From Octopus sinensis (taxonomy: Eukaryota): a stretch of DNA of 64,000 bases. The notes below the pieces were generated by a model. It searched no databases and was not told where the DNA came from. It worked only from the letters and a program-made list of their open reading frames with translations. The stretch covers positions 14,818,001 through 14,882,000 of the forward strand of contig NC_043008.1 of assembly GCF_006345805.1 (NCBI RefSeq), read 5' to 3'. Positions 37,917-52,082 of the stretch are shown here, one piece after another (within the stretch, counting starts at the first letter, position 1; the number at the start of each line of letters is the position of its first letter). Made by a program: the position numbers and the translations under genes.

Positions 37917-39479
37917 TCTGTTTCAAATATTGGCACAAGGCCAGCAATATTGGAGGAGGAATAGGTCAGTTAGATCGACCCCAGTGCTCAACTGGTACTT
38001 ATTTTATCGACCCTGAAAAAGATGAAAGGTAAAGTCGGCTTCTGCGGGATTTGAACTCAGGACATAAAGACGGACGAAATGCATCTAAGCAATTTTCCCA
38101 GGGGACTAACGAGTCTGTTGGGCTCGCCACCTTAATCAATAATAAGATACTTTGAGTTTTGAAGGTGCGTGGCCCAGTGGTTAGGAATGTTGCACTCATG
38201 ACTGTTAGATCGCGGTTTCAATTTCCGGGCTGAGTGGTGCGTTGTGTTCTTGACCAGAACACATCACTTCACGTTGTTGTAGTCCACTCAGCTGTAGATG
38301 ATTAACCCCTCGACGGACCCGTGTTCCCTCCTGGGTGAATGTAGTAATCTCGGTTACTTATCACATACTACAGTCATACTTGTTTGTCATTTGACCGTGG
38401 CCATGCTGGAGCACCGCCTTTAGCCGAGCAAATCGACCCCAGGACTTATTCTTTCTAAGCCTAGTACTTATTCTATCGGTCTCTTTTGCCGAACTGCTAA
38501 GTTATGGGGACGTAAACACACCAGCATCGGTTGTCAAGCGATGTTGGGGGGACAGCACAGACACATATATATATACATATATACGATGGGCTTCTTTCAG
38601 TTTCCGTCTACCAAATCCACTCACAAGGCTTTGGTTGGCCCGAGGCTATAGTAGAAGACACTTGCCCAAGGTGCCACGCAGTGGGACTGAACCCGGAACC
38701 ATGTGGTTTGTAAGCAAGCTACTACCACACAGCCTATATTTACGTTCTATTTTTAGTTACCTCAGCAGTCTTCCTTCCGAGAACCATAAAATCCGATATG
38801 ATTAACTCTTCTTTCGCCTAAAATGTGTAGAATTTTTGCCTATGTTAACCACTTTGTCTAAATTATGTACACATTTTATAATTTCATTTATTTATTGTTC
38901 TGATGTTTCCATAAACTAAATTAGTTTCACTATAATTTTGTCGCCTTTTCAATATCAAAATAAATGAAAAATTAATCGAAATAGATGAAAAGGCGATCAT
39001 TCGTTACTAGTATTATAATTGTCACATATAAACCACGTGGGTTTATTTACATTTCCGAGGAAGATCGTCGGTTTCCGTGAAAAATTTTTATTTTTTTACT
39101 TATGGGTTTGGGGGGGAAACAAATACACACACAATTTTCGTTGCGTCTTGTAACCTATTGTATAGGTTGCAAGACGTTACGAAAATTTTAGAAAAATAGA
39201 AAAGAAATAAGTGGAAATTTTACTGATGAGTGTGTTAAATTATAAGGAACCAAAAGAGAATGATTTTCCCCAGACACAACAGAAGATGCTTCAACACATG
39301 AACTCATATAAAGAATCTTGCAACCCAAATCCCAAAACGAAATACCACAGTTATTTCCCCTGGTATTTCCAAGAAAGATAACTAAGTACACGTATTTTAA
39401 GATATATATAAAGTTACTTCCCTTGAATTCAATGTTGATTTTTTTTTTCTTGACCTGTTGCTTTCTTTTCTTTTTTCAG

Positions 39480-39524
39480 AGGTCCTCGTATGGGCGAGAA
39501 GATTGCTGACCCCAAGATTGGAAA
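39480..39524 (+). CDS. VAMP4: VAMP4 exon 3 (GPRMGEKIADPKIG/K)
   Basis: Long pyrimidine tract TTTCAG|; AA|GTAATT donor; phase 2-2 keeps the frame; corresponds to human GPSGPRFGPRNDKIK. Confidence 0.85.
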
Positions 39525-40559
39525 GTAATTATCCTTTTATATATTACTGTAATTAATATTACAATAGTATTTATTATTAAATGTCTTTTTATCATATTTT
39601 AAAGTGGTATCCATTAACCATAATTGTCATCTTATTCTTGTCAAGCTTACAGTTCATTAGTCTCAGGTGATTCTTGATCAATCAGATCTATCTACAGTCA
39701 AAAGCATTCCATCCTGTATTTATTCAAGATATAGTTTATTCATTAGTTGTGAAGTCTGTGTAAATAAAGCCGGCTTCTCGTTATCAAAAGGCACAATCTG
39801 TCGCTGTGTAAACCTACTACTACAGCCCAGCATCCTTAGGACCTGGTGGACATCGGGAACATATTAAAAAAAAGGCAGAAATTGGACCCCTAAAGGGAGT
39901 CATCTCTTTGACTAATCTCTGCCTAGAAATTTCTGATATTAAAATCTTTTTTTTTTTCTGTCATTTGTTAACTTTAATCATAACTAAATTTTGTTATCTC
40001 AGGTTTGTGATTACTCTTTTACTCTTTAACTTGTTTCAGTCATTTGACTGTGGCCATGCCGGAGCACCGCCTATAGTCGAGCAAATCGACCCCAGGACTT
40101 ATTCTTTGTAAGCCTAGTACGTATTCAATCGGACTCTTTTGCCGAATCACTAAGTTACGGCGACGTAAACACACCAGCATCGGTTGTCAAGCGATGTTGG
40201 GGCGACAAACACAGACACACAAACACACACACACATATATACATATATACGACGGGCTTCTTTCAGTTTCCGTCTACCAAATCTACTCGTGATTGATCCT
40301 GGAACTATGTGGTTGGTAAGCAAGCTACTTACCACACAGCCACTCCGATTTTGCCTCTCCTCATTTCTCCAGGCTTGATAAATAAGTTAACAGATCATAT
40401 AATCTTTTTTACCTTTTACCCAATAGTCATGCCTGCTTTCCTACCAATTTTTTACTTTAGCCAGTGTGTCTAAGCCCCAGCCCATCCAAAATACTTTGGA
40501 TTACAGAATGACCTGCTGTGCTTACTTTGGATCGTAGGGTGACCTGCTGTGCTTGAGGA

Positions 40560-40932
40560 AACTTATTGAGTCAAGTACATAACATCAACATCAAAATAAA
40601 TACCAAATGGAAATTGTAGTCGTGATACCTGTGCCAGTGACATGTAAAAAGCATCATCTGAACGTGGCTGATGCCAGCACCTGTGCCGGTGACACGTAAA
40701 AACCACCAATGGATTGTGGTCACTGCCAGCCTCCCCTGGCACCTGTGCCGGTGGCAAGTAAAAAGCACCCACTACACTCACAGAGTGGTAGGTGTTAGGA
40801 AGGGCATCCAGCTGTAGAAACACTGCCAGATCAGACTGGAGCCTGGTGCAGCCACCCGGCTTCCCAGACCCTGGTTGAACCGTCCAACCCATGATAGCAA
40901 TGAAAACGGACGTTAAATGATGATGATGATGA
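40560..40932 (+). mobile_element. Family C: RTE-type 3' UTR/SINE with (ATG)n tail, more than 25 copies
   Basis: GGAAGGGCATCCAGCTGTAGAAAC...CCATGCTAGCATGGAAAGCGGACGTTAAACGATGATG; e.g. 843-1096, 2580-2805, 10611-10868, 12760-13145, 19220-19412, 29300-29645, 42065-42590, 43476-43700. Confidence 0.85.
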
Positions 40933-41749
40933 TCAAATATCTCTTCAGCAAGACACCTGTCCCTGTCTCTTCATCATACTTTAATCTCCTTCGATACTCT
41001 ACCACAATAAATCAAGGGGTCTTGCCTTGTAAGTAAATGGTGACCTTGCCTGTGTTGGTGCCATGAAACAAAATGCACCCAGTGCACTCTGTAAAGTGGT
41101 TGACATTTGGAAGGGTGTCCAGCTGTTGAAACCCTGCTAAAATCAGACTCAGAGGTCAGTGCAGCTGTTTGTTTCATCAGTTTCTGTTGAACTGTCTAAC
41201 CCATGCCAGCAGGGAAAAAGGGATGTTAAATGATGATGACCAGTGGGGCTCTTCACAGCTGTATATATGCATATATTCTTTGTGGAGGTACATGGCCTAG
41301 TGGTTAGAGTAGTAGACTCGCGGTCTAGGGATCGCGTGTTCCAATCTCAGACCGGGCAATGTGTGTGTTTATGAGCGAAAACACCTAAGCTCCACGCGGC
41401 TCCGGCAGAAGGTAATGGCGAACTTCTGCTGACTCTTTCGCCACAACTTTCTCTCATTCCTTCCTCCTTCATCTTGCAGCTCACTTGCGATGGACCGGCG
41501 TCCCGTTCAGGTGGGGAACCTATGCGCCAAGGAAACCGGGAAACCGGCCCTTATGAGCCTGGCCTGGCTCGAGAAGGAACAAACAAAAAAAAAACAAATA
41601 TATTCTTTCAATGGTTTCAATCATTGGATTTTAGCCCAGCTGGCGCATCAACCCTAGGGATTTTGATCTGTCATATGAACCCACCTCCTTCCTTGTATAT
41701 ATTTCAACATAAATGTATGACACATTTTTTTTTTTTAATTATCATCCAG

Positions 41750-41850
41750 ATTGCAGAACCAGGTTGGAGAGGTTATTGATATTATGAAAGACAATGTTTC
41801 ACGTGTAATGGACAGAGGATGTAAACTGGAAGATCTCCAAGACAGATCAG
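41750..41850 (+). CDS. VAMP4: VAMP4 exon 4, R-SNARE motif (LQNQVGEVIDIMKDNVSRVMDRGCKLEDLQDRS)
   Basis: CCAG| acceptor, G|GTATGT donor; 101 nt; synaptobrevin coiled coil with the zero-layer Arg in DRG. Confidence 0.96.
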
Positions 41851-43269
41851 GTATGTTGGCAAATTCTTTAACATTTGGTGCTGATGAGGGATTCATGTTT
41901 TAGTTGTCAAAGAAACTTGCTTTTTATTAGTTTGTCATTATTGGATCTGATTTGGTTATTATATTAATTTGTAAATTGGCCAACTGGTAAAATCATTAAT
42001 ACATTCGACAAAAAGTTTAGTGATATTTTGTCTGGCTTTACATTGTGAGTTCAAATTCTTCTCATCATCATCATCATCGTTTAACGTCTGCTTTCCATGC
42101 TAGCATGGCTTGGACGATTTGACTGAGGACTGGCAAACTAGATGGCTGCACCAGGCTCCAATCTTGATCTGGCAGAGTTTCTACAGCTGGATGCCCTTCA
42201 TAATGCCAACCACTCTGAGAGTGTAGTGGATACTTTTACGTGCCACCGGCATGAGGGCCAGTCAGGCAGTACTGGCAACGACCATGCTCAAATGGTGTTT
42301 TTCACCTGACACCTGCACAAGAGCCAGTCCAGCGGCACTGGCAACGACCTCGCTTGAATGTTTTGTTCACAAGCCACCAGCACAATTTCCAGTAAAACAA
42401 TGCTGGCAATGATCACACTCAAATGGTGTTTTTTACGTGCTACTGGCACAGAAGCCAGTTTGCTGCTCTGGCATCGATCATGCTCGGATGGTTCTCTTTG
42501 TGCTCCACTAGCATGGATGTCAGTCATCGAATTTGATTTTCATTTCATCGAATTTGATTTCAGTTTCACTTGCCTCAACAGGTCTTTGCAAGCAGAATTT
42601 AGTGTCCAATGAAGGAAAGGTATGCATAAGTGGGCTGGTTACACCCCTGGCATAGGCCATGAGGTTATGGTCTCACTTGGCTTGCCGGGTCTTCTCAAGC
42701 ACAGCATATTTCCAAAAGTCTCGGTCACTAGTCATTACCTTGGTGAGGCCTAATGTTCGAAGAGGCTCGTAAAATACCAATCAAATACTGGGCTCAAATT
42801 AATTGATTAGCCCCTTCTACCAAATTTTCAGGCGCTGTGCCTATAGGTAGAAAGAATTATATTGATTTGTAATATAGGCAGAGGGTCGTAAATTTTGAAG
42901 CAGTCATGTCGACAGCAGTACTCGACTGGCTATTTAATTTGTAGACCCTGGATGGATGAAAGATAATGATGACCCTGGTCCAATTTGAACTGTGAATGTC
43001 AAAAAATCATAACTAAATTCTACAAAAAATTTATTCTCTCATTTCACCAATTCTGCCCATTCGCCGCTTGTGTTTGTTTTTATAATTTTTTTTTTCTGTA
43101 ATTAAAACACAACTGTGAACATTTGTGTTTTCATCAACAGATTTAAGAGATGAGGAATTATGTACATTATTTACATGATTTACATTTGACGGATATTTGT
43201 CCTCATCTTGTTTGTTGTTAATACAAAGTTTTAGCTGATATAATGACCTCAGCTACAAATGACTAACAA

Positions 43270-43430
43270 AATGTGAGGTAGGAAGGAAAAGAATCTAGCC
43301 ATAGGGGTTCATTAAGGTTCTGTACTCAGTCTCCTCCTGTTCATCATAGTTCTCTCCTGGTTGTTACAGAAGATCTTATCACTAGTTCTCAAGGAAATTC
43401 TGTAGGTAGATGACCTTGTTCTCATAACCA
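43270..43430 (+). mobile_element. Decayed LINE reverse transcriptase fragment
   Basis: GVH*GSVLSLLLFIIVL and a downstream DDLVL, corresponding to GVHQGSVLSP/YADD motifs. Confidence 0.6.
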
Positions 43431-45519
43431 AATCTACCAAATTATAACAGAAGGAACACCAAATATGCAAATTATCATCATCATCATCATCGTTTAACGT
43501 CTGTTTTCCATGCTAGCATGGGTTGGACGGTTCGACCGGGGATCTGGGAAGCCAGAAGGCTGCACCAGGCTCCAGTCTGATCTGGCAGTATTTCTACAGC
43601 TGCATGCCCTTCTTAATGCCAACCACTCCATGAGTGTAGTGGGTGCTTTATACGTGCCACTGGCACAGTGTAGTGGGTGCTTTTTACGTGCCACCGGAAA
43701 TATCATCAGAAATTCTTGAAGTAAACCAAACAAAAAATAAAAAAAAGTTACAGTCAGAAAGAAATTAAGATTCTACTGATTTGTGTGAAGTGGCTGTGGT
43801 CAGTTTGCAGAAAAGGAATTCCACATTGTGTAACCAAAGTAAGCAATGGGTGCACAAGAGGTGCAGAAGGATTGCAGGCAGGTTGACCGAGGAAGGATAC
43901 ACTGGTGTAGTGGTAAGAACATCATCATTGTCATCATCATCATCATCGTTTAGTGTCCGCCTTCCATGCTGGCATGGGTTGGACGGTGCAACTGGGGTCT
44001 GGGAAGCCAAAAGGCTGCACTAGGCCTAGTCTGATCTGGCATTGTTTCTCCGGCTGGATGCCCTTCCTAAAAATCCTTGTTTCATGCTGGCATGTGTTGG
44101 AAGGTTTGACAGGACCAGATGGGTTCAAGGACTTCATGAAGTTCCAGTGTCTGCTTTAGCAAGGCTTCTATGACCGGTGGCTAATCAGCAGTGGAGGAGC
44201 AAGTTCCAAAAGCATAGCAACCGGAGTAAGAATGAGATGGAAAAAAGTTCAGGGACCTGCAGCTTCTGCTGGCAGCAAAGCCGTTCAAGAACTTGGACCT
44301 GGAGATCTCCATTTCCAGTGACTTCGAGGGCCACCTCCCAGTGGTGTCAGGAGTCAACGAAGAGTCCTCGACTACAAGACAACGACCAAAGCATTTTTTT
44401 CCCCCCAGGTCTCCCGCCCCTAAGCCCTAGACCATCACCTAATCACCCTTACCCCTCTTGTTGCTTAACAACAACAACAGCTGGCAGCAAAGGGGTTCTC
44501 TTTCTGAGAGAAGAGCAGGTTGTATGATATCATCATCGTTTAACATCCGCTTTCCATGCTAGCATGGGTTGGACGATTTTGATTGAGGGCTGCACCAGGC
44601 TCCAGTTTTGATCTGGCAGAGTTTCTACAGCTGGATGCCCTTCCTAACGCCAACCACTGCCGTTACGTTGTGAGTTCAAATTCTGCCGAGGTCGACTTTG
44701 TTTTTCATCCTTTCGGGGTCGATAAATTAAGTACCAGTTACGCACTGGGGTCGATGTAATCGACTTAATACCTATGTCTGTCCTTGTTTGTCCCCTCTAT
44801 GTTTAGCCCCTTGTGGGCAATAAAAAAATAGGTATATGTGTACAAAGTAAGACGTTACTTGGTAGTGTAATACAGACATTGAATGCAGAAGTTGTGTGAC
44901 AGTTGGAAAGCAATGAAGCAAGCATTCTCTGCTGCATATGTAATGTTAGTGTGTATGAAGAGTAAGGCACAAATAAGCTGAGAGCAAAAACTGAATGTGA
45001 GGCATTAGATGTTGTGTGAAAGAGGGAAGACGGCAATGTTATGAGCATGTGATATGTATGAGATGACAGTTGGGTAAAGAAGTGTCGAGGTATCTAAGTG
45101 GAGGGATCCTGTAGAAGAAAAGTATGAAGGATTTAGGAAGAAATTGTGAAAATGCCATGAAGGAGATGACAAAATATTGCACCAAGTGGTGAGATGCTGC
45201 TCTGGAAAAGACCTGTCCAGGGTGAAAAAGGACAAAATAATGAGATTGGCGACGATTATCCAGAGTATTTTCTCTTAGATCTGAATGCTAAGCTAAAGGG
45301 AAATAACCAATCCAATTTTTCAGTTATTCTTCTTCTCTCTTTTATATTGTCGTTCATTTTACTGAGACAACATTGGGTAGGAATAAAATTTCCAGTCTTT
45401 GATAGGATTAGATAAATCAATGAAGCTGAAGTAAAGATTATTGTTTAATTGATTGGTGTGTAATTAAGGATTTTCATTTTTAGAATTAATGTATATTTGT
45501 TCTTGTTGTATATACTTGA

Positions 45520-45755
45520 TACATTTAGGCATTTCATCATATACATCTAGCACAGTATTATATATACCTGAGACGTTGTTATTATTATACATGCCTGGCA
45601 TATTGTTATATATATACCTAGCACTTTGTTATATATACCTGACATTGCTATATATATCTAACACCTTGTTTTGTATACCTGACATATTGTTTTATATACC
45701 TGACATTGTTATATATACCTAGCACTTTGTTTCATATACCTGACATATTGTTTTT
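45520..45755 (+). repeat. Degenerate ATATACCTGACATTG tandem repeat
   Basis: TATACCT core repeated about nine times. Confidence 0.75.
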
Positions 45756-45771
45756 TATATATATATATATA

Positions 45772-46185
45772 TATATAATATAATTCGAGACTAAACCACT
45801 ATTTTAAAACCAAACAATGAAAGACTTAATCAATACATAAAATTTTAATATAAATTAAATAAACCGCCACTACAAATGTTTCATGTCTGCTCCGACAATC
45901 TTTAGGTGGATTTTCGATCTTCTAATCAGTATCAAAATTTGATACTGATTAGAAGATCGAAAATCCACCTGAAGATTGTCGGAGCAGACATGAAACATTT
46001 GTAGTGGCGGTTTATTTAATTTATATTAAAATTTTATGTATTGATTAAGTCTTTCCTTGTTTGGTTTTAAAATAGTGGTTTTGTCTCGAATTATATTATA
46101 TAATATTTTACTATAAAATTGGATTTAACCCTAAATCTGATCTTTCCCTGTAATTTTGGATTCATTCCCTAATATTTATTATTAT
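45772..46185 (+). mobile_element. Penelope-like (PLE) pseudo-LTR remnant: inverted copy plus direct copy, inside (TA)n
   Basis: 165-bp arms around a 1-nt centre at 45937, then a 3' extension; TA flanks; hammerhead motif; tail shared with 61843-61920. Confidence 0.65.
45965..46007 (+). ncRNA. Minimal type I hammerhead ribozyme motif
   Basis: CCAC-CTGAAGA-TTGTC(GGAGCA)GACAT-GAAAC-ATTT-GTA^GTGG: helix I CCAC/GTGG, core CUGAnGA and GAAA, cleavage triplet GUA. Read by eye; activity untested. Confidence 0.75.
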
Positions 46186-49100
46186 TTTATATATATATAT
46201 ATATATATGTATATACCTCAGGATGTACACTGCAGTACTGTGGTACTCTTATAGTACATCTGCATTAAGTAGGATACAGAGACCACCATAGTGGTATGTG
46301 TATGAGTGGAAGAGGCCACCTGGAAGGCTTCCAAAGTGGTGGGTTGATGCAATACAACAAGCATTTCGAGCTATGTGGATGACTGCTGTAGTACACCTGC
46401 TGCATACACTCCTACAACAACGTTTTCTTTATGCTATAAAGGCAGAAGTAAATCTGCCTTCAACTCAGTCACACACTTCTGTTTCGCTTAATTTTTTATG
46501 TGTTTTACTACATAAATGTCACCAAATTCCTACTCTGAGTAATTACTCACTGCACGTGCCTGGTTGAAGTCATGGGTTCTCATCTCCCAGTGATTTGTGG
46601 CAGAAATCCAGTGAAGATAAGTCTTCTCTGAAGATTATAAATGTCATGCAAAGCAACATAGTCCTGAGAGTGTCCTTCATTCTTGAGATCTCACTTTCAG
46701 CATGGCTGTCTTTGCTATTGAGAATAAAGTCTGGACTGTCGGTGGAGGTATACTGTGTAAACGTGGCTTGCCTATGAATACCTGATCTCAAGGGAACCAA
46801 TCTCCGAGGTTCTATGTAAGCCCTGTTATAAGTGCTAGTTCTCTATCTTAATTCTTAATTTATGGCTGAAAGTGTGCCTGAGCTTGTGAATGATTTAACC
46901 CTTTCATTACCAACCCGGCTGAAACTGGCTCTGGCTCTGAGTACAAATGTCCTGTTTTCATAAGTTTTGAATTAAAATTTTCCACCAAATCTTAGTCACA
47001 ATTTTTGTTCCTAACACTAGCTTAATGATAACTAAGTTATTTTACTAAATTCTTTATTATATTTAAAGTAATTGAAAGAAACACAGAGCACCTCAAAATA
47101 AATACAGTAAGGAAAGGGTTAAAGACAAAACAAAAAAAGGGACTTTGATGTATCTGTCGATCACATTTGGAACATAAATCCAAAATATTTTTTCTTGATG
47201 CTCTGTCGGAACAGGAATAAACTATTCTGATAAACCTTTTTGCTGGAAGAAGGAAAGCAGTAGGAGGAACATTGCTGTGGCAGTCATATTCTTAGGTATT
47301 GCTGCCTCTCTACTACCTGGTGGGTTGGTGGGGGGACACATCAGCTCACCATAGAAGAAGTACCAGACTTCTAAAATAGGGGTTAATATGTTTGCTTCAA
47401 CCCTTCAGGGCAGTGTTTTGGTATGGTTGCAGTCCAATGACTGAAACAAGTAAAAGATGACAGATTTAAATTATAAAGAAATTCCTGTGTGTGTTTATTC
47501 TTTTATATGTTTTTACTTGTTTCAGTCATTTGACAGTGGCCATGCTGGAGCACTGCCTTTAGTCAAACAAATTGACCCCAGGTTTTATTCTTTGAAAGCC
47601 CTAGTACTTATTCTATTGGTTCTCTTTCGCTGAACTGCTAAGTTATGGGGATGTAAACACACCAGCATTGGTTGCTAAGCGATGGTGGGGGACACCCACA
47701 CACATCTACACCCACATACACATGATGGGCTTCTTTCAGTTTCCATCTACCTAATCCTCTCACAAGGCTTTAGTTTGCCCAAGGCTACAGTAGAAGACAC
47801 TCTCCCAAGGTGCCACGTAGTGGGACTGAACCCGGAACCATGTGGTTAGGAAGCAAGCTACTTACCACAGTCACTCATATATATTCTATATTTTACTTGT
47901 TTCAGTGACCATTCTGGAGCTAGAATTTTTAGTCAAATGAATCGACCCCAGTAATTTTTTTCTTCTTTTTTAAGCCTGGTATTTATGCTCTCAGTCTCCC
48001 TTTGCTGAACTGCTAAATCACTAACACCAGTTGTCAAGCAGTGGTGGAAGACAAACAAGACACAAAGGCCCTCCCCCACTCATATATATGTATATATATA
48101 GTTTTCATCTTTCAAATTCACTCTCAAGGCTTTGGTTGGCCTGAGGCCATAGTAGAAGACACTTGCCCAAGGTGCCATGCAGTGGGACTGAACCCAGAAC
48201 CATGTGGTTGAGAATACCACACAACCATATATATATATATATATATATATGCTTATGCCTATGTACAATCATGATTTTTGATGAACTTATAAATAATTAT
48301 GAATCTATTTTACTACCTATTTTGAACACTTTTATGTAACACAAAGCCCTTCTTAACATTTTCTTATCATTGTCAAAGACTCTATCACTGTATTTTAATA
48401 CATCTGCGTTAACCATTTTTTAACATCACAAAGGCTACACAAAGCCTTGAATTTTACATTTGAAAATCTTTTTTTTTAAAAACAGTTTTTCAGTCCCTAT
48501 TCTTTTACTTGTTTCAGTCATTTGACTGCGGCCATGCTGGAGCACTGCCTTTAGTCGAGCAAATCGACCCCAGGACTTATTCTTTGTAAGCCCAGTACTT
48601 TTTGTATATGGTCTCTTTTGCTGAACTGCTACGTTACGGGGACGTAAACTCACCAGCATCGGTTGTCAAGCGATGTTGGGGGGACAAACACACACACACA
48701 GACACATATATACATGTATACGACGGGCTTCTTTCAGTTTCTGTCTACCAAATCCATTCACGAGGCTTTGGTCAGCCCAAGGCCATAGTAGAAGACACTT
48801 GCCCAAGGTACCACGCAGTGGGACTAAACCCGGAACCATGTAGATGGTAAGCAAGCTACTTTTATTCATCAAATTGGCCATGAAAGCCATACACAGATAA
48901 GTAGCTGCAGGCTGGACAAAGAGATTAATGAGATGAGGATGATAATGATGAACAAAAATGGGAGGGGCACCGGCACCTGTGTGGTAAGCGAGCTACTTAC
49001 CACACAGCTACTCCTACGCCTGCAAGATTAATTCAAGGCAATGTGAATAAATAAGTATTACATTTGACCGTAATGTGAATGCCAAAGGATTAAATTCAGA

Positions 49101-49914
49101 TAACTTTGAAACATGAAAATTGTCACAGATCCAGGCCAATCTATAGAAGGTTGCTATGGAAAGATTTAAAATTCATAACCAGTCAGTTGTCTTTATGTCC
49201 TCCGTTCATAACAGTCAATCATGTTAATGATGATAATGATGATAATGGTGATAATGGTGATAATCTCATCAGCCATACCCTAACCATCTGCAAAACCTGT
49301 TTCCATAGTGAGACCACGTTCAGCTGTGAAGATCACAGGAGGAACGAAGGGAAAAAAAATTCGCCCTCGTCCTGTGGTGTTCTGTACAGAAATGGCAATG
49401 CAGAGAGAACTGAATTGATTCTCTATGATGTGTACCAGCGTAGCTTCTCCAATGGCAACAAGCAAATTACACACACACACACATGTAAGACAAATCTGTT
49501 ATTTATGTATTCACATTTGTCATGTCGAGAAGCAGATACATATTTCATATGTTCCTTGCTGTCTCTCATCTAATCTCGGATGATTTATTTACAATTACAT
49601 CACTGATGTAGTCAAAACAATACGTGTGAGTGTGTTTCGCTTCTGTAGATACACACAGATCTGTGCATGTGTCTGTCTGTGTGTGTGTGTGTGTGTGTGA
49701 GATTGGTAATTTTATGTGTTTCAGTCATTGGGCAGTGGCCATGCTGGAGTGCCACCTTGAAGGGGATTTGGTTGATCATATCGACTGCTGTGCTTATATT
49801 GTTAAGCCTGGAAATATCTTATCGATCTCCCTCTTTAGCCACTAAGTTACAGGACGTAAACAAAGAACGCCATCGTTCAATTGGTGTAAACATAAAAACA
49901 CATGATCACATACA

Positions 49915-51255
49915 TACACACATACATCCATGCATACACACACACACACACACATACATCCATGCATACACACACACACACACATACATCCATGCATACA
50001 CACACACACACACATACATCCATGCATACACACACACACACACATACATCCATGCATACACACACACACACACATACATCCATGCATACACACACACACA
50101 CACATACATCCATGCATACACACACACACACACATACATCCATGCATACACACACACACACATACATCCATGCATACACACACACACACACATACATCCA
50201 TGCATACACACACACACACACACACATACATCCATGCATACACACACACACACACACATACATCCATGCATACACACACACACACACACATACATCCATG
50301 CATACACACACACACACATACATCCATGCATACACACACACACATACATCCATGCATACACACACACACACACATACATCCATGCATACACCACACACAC
50401 ACATACATCCATGCATACACACACACACATACATCCATGTATACACACACCACACACATACATCCATGCATACACACACACACACACACACACATACATC
50501 CATGCATACACACACACACATACATCCATGCATACACACACACACACACATACATCCATGCATACACACACACACACACATACATCCATGCATACACACA
50601 CACACACACAACATACATCCATGCATACACAACACATACATCCATGCATACACACACACACACACATACATCCATGCATACACACACACACACATACATC
50701 CATGCATACACACACACACACACATACATCCATGCATACACCACACACCACACATACATCCATGCATACACACACACACACACATACATCCATGCATACA
50801 CACACACACACACATACATCCATGCATACACACACACACACACATACATCCATGCATACACCACACACACACATACATCCATGCATACACACACACACAC
50901 ACATACATCCATGCATACACACACACACACACATACATCCATGCATACACACACACACACACATCCATGCATACACACACACACACACACACATACATCC
51001 ATGCATACACACACACACATACATCCATGCATACACACACCACACACATACATCCATGCATACACACACACACACACATACATCCATGCATACACACACA
51101 CACCACATACATCCATGCATACACACACACACACCACATACATCCATGCATACACACACACACACACACATACATCCATGCATACACACACACACACATA
51201 CATCCATGCATACACACACACACACACACATACATCCATGCATATGCACACACAC
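49915..51255 (+). repeat. Compound minisatellite CATACATCCATGCATA(CA)n, about 30-bp unit
   Basis: Roughly 45 units with an invariant core and a variable CA run; source of the 450-550 aa HT/CV ORFs. Confidence 0.95.
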
Positions 51256-51599
51256 ATAAGTTTTGTTGTGTATGTACATATGTGTGTGTGTGTATATATA
51301 TATATGTATATATATATGAAAATATTAAAGTATATTCTTGTGTGTATATATATGTGCGTGTGTATATATATACATGTGTATAAATGTATGTATATATGTG
51401 TGTATATGTGTATATATATACACGTATAAATGTATGTATATATGTATATATGTGTGTGTATGTCTCCATATACACTTATGTACATATATACTTATGTAAG
51501 TAAATGCATGTATATATGTGTGTATGTATATATATATTTATATATATAGGGATGTTTGTGAATTTTTTGGTTAATAAATAATTATTAATTACTTTTCTC

Positions 51600-51842
51600 T
51601 CGGACCGGGCTGTGTGTTGTGTTCTTGAGCAAGACACTTTATTTCACGTTGCGATGTCACAGGTGCCAAGCTGTATCGGCCCCTTTGCCTTTCCCTTGGA
51701 TAACACTGGTGGCATGGAGCGGGGAGGCCGGTATGCATGGGCGACTGCTGTTCTTCCATAAACAACCTTGCCCAGACTTGTGCCTGGGAGGGTAACTTTC
51801 TAGGTACAATCCCATGGTCAGTCATGACCGAAGGGGGTCTCA
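51600..51842 (+). mobile_element. SINE family E
   Basis: TTGTGTTCTTGAGCAAGACAC...GGGTAACTTTCTAGG..CATGACCGAAGGGGG; copies at 12200-12470 and 53420-54060 (split). Confidence 0.7.
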
Positions 51843-52027
51843 ATTACTTTTCTATTCTCTCATAATAGATAAAATATATATAAACCACGGTTTATATAGT
51901 TACCTTGCAGTTGAGTATTAAATATGATGTTCAATACTCTTTGTTTAGGTAATTAACCAGTACTTTCATAGGATCTTGCTATCCCTGAATGAGGTTTGTA
52001 ACCTTTAATTGTACTTATATATCTATG

Positions 52028-52082
<55 letters not shown>

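Noticed and set aside
45945-45962. Second CTGATTA...GAAA hammerhead-like core
   Set aside because: G8 is missing and there is no convincing helix I/III or cleavage triplet.
49667-51485. Six ORFs of 450-550 aa (HT/CV/YAW rich)
   Set aside because: Stop-free translations of the CA minisatellite on both strands; not protein-like.
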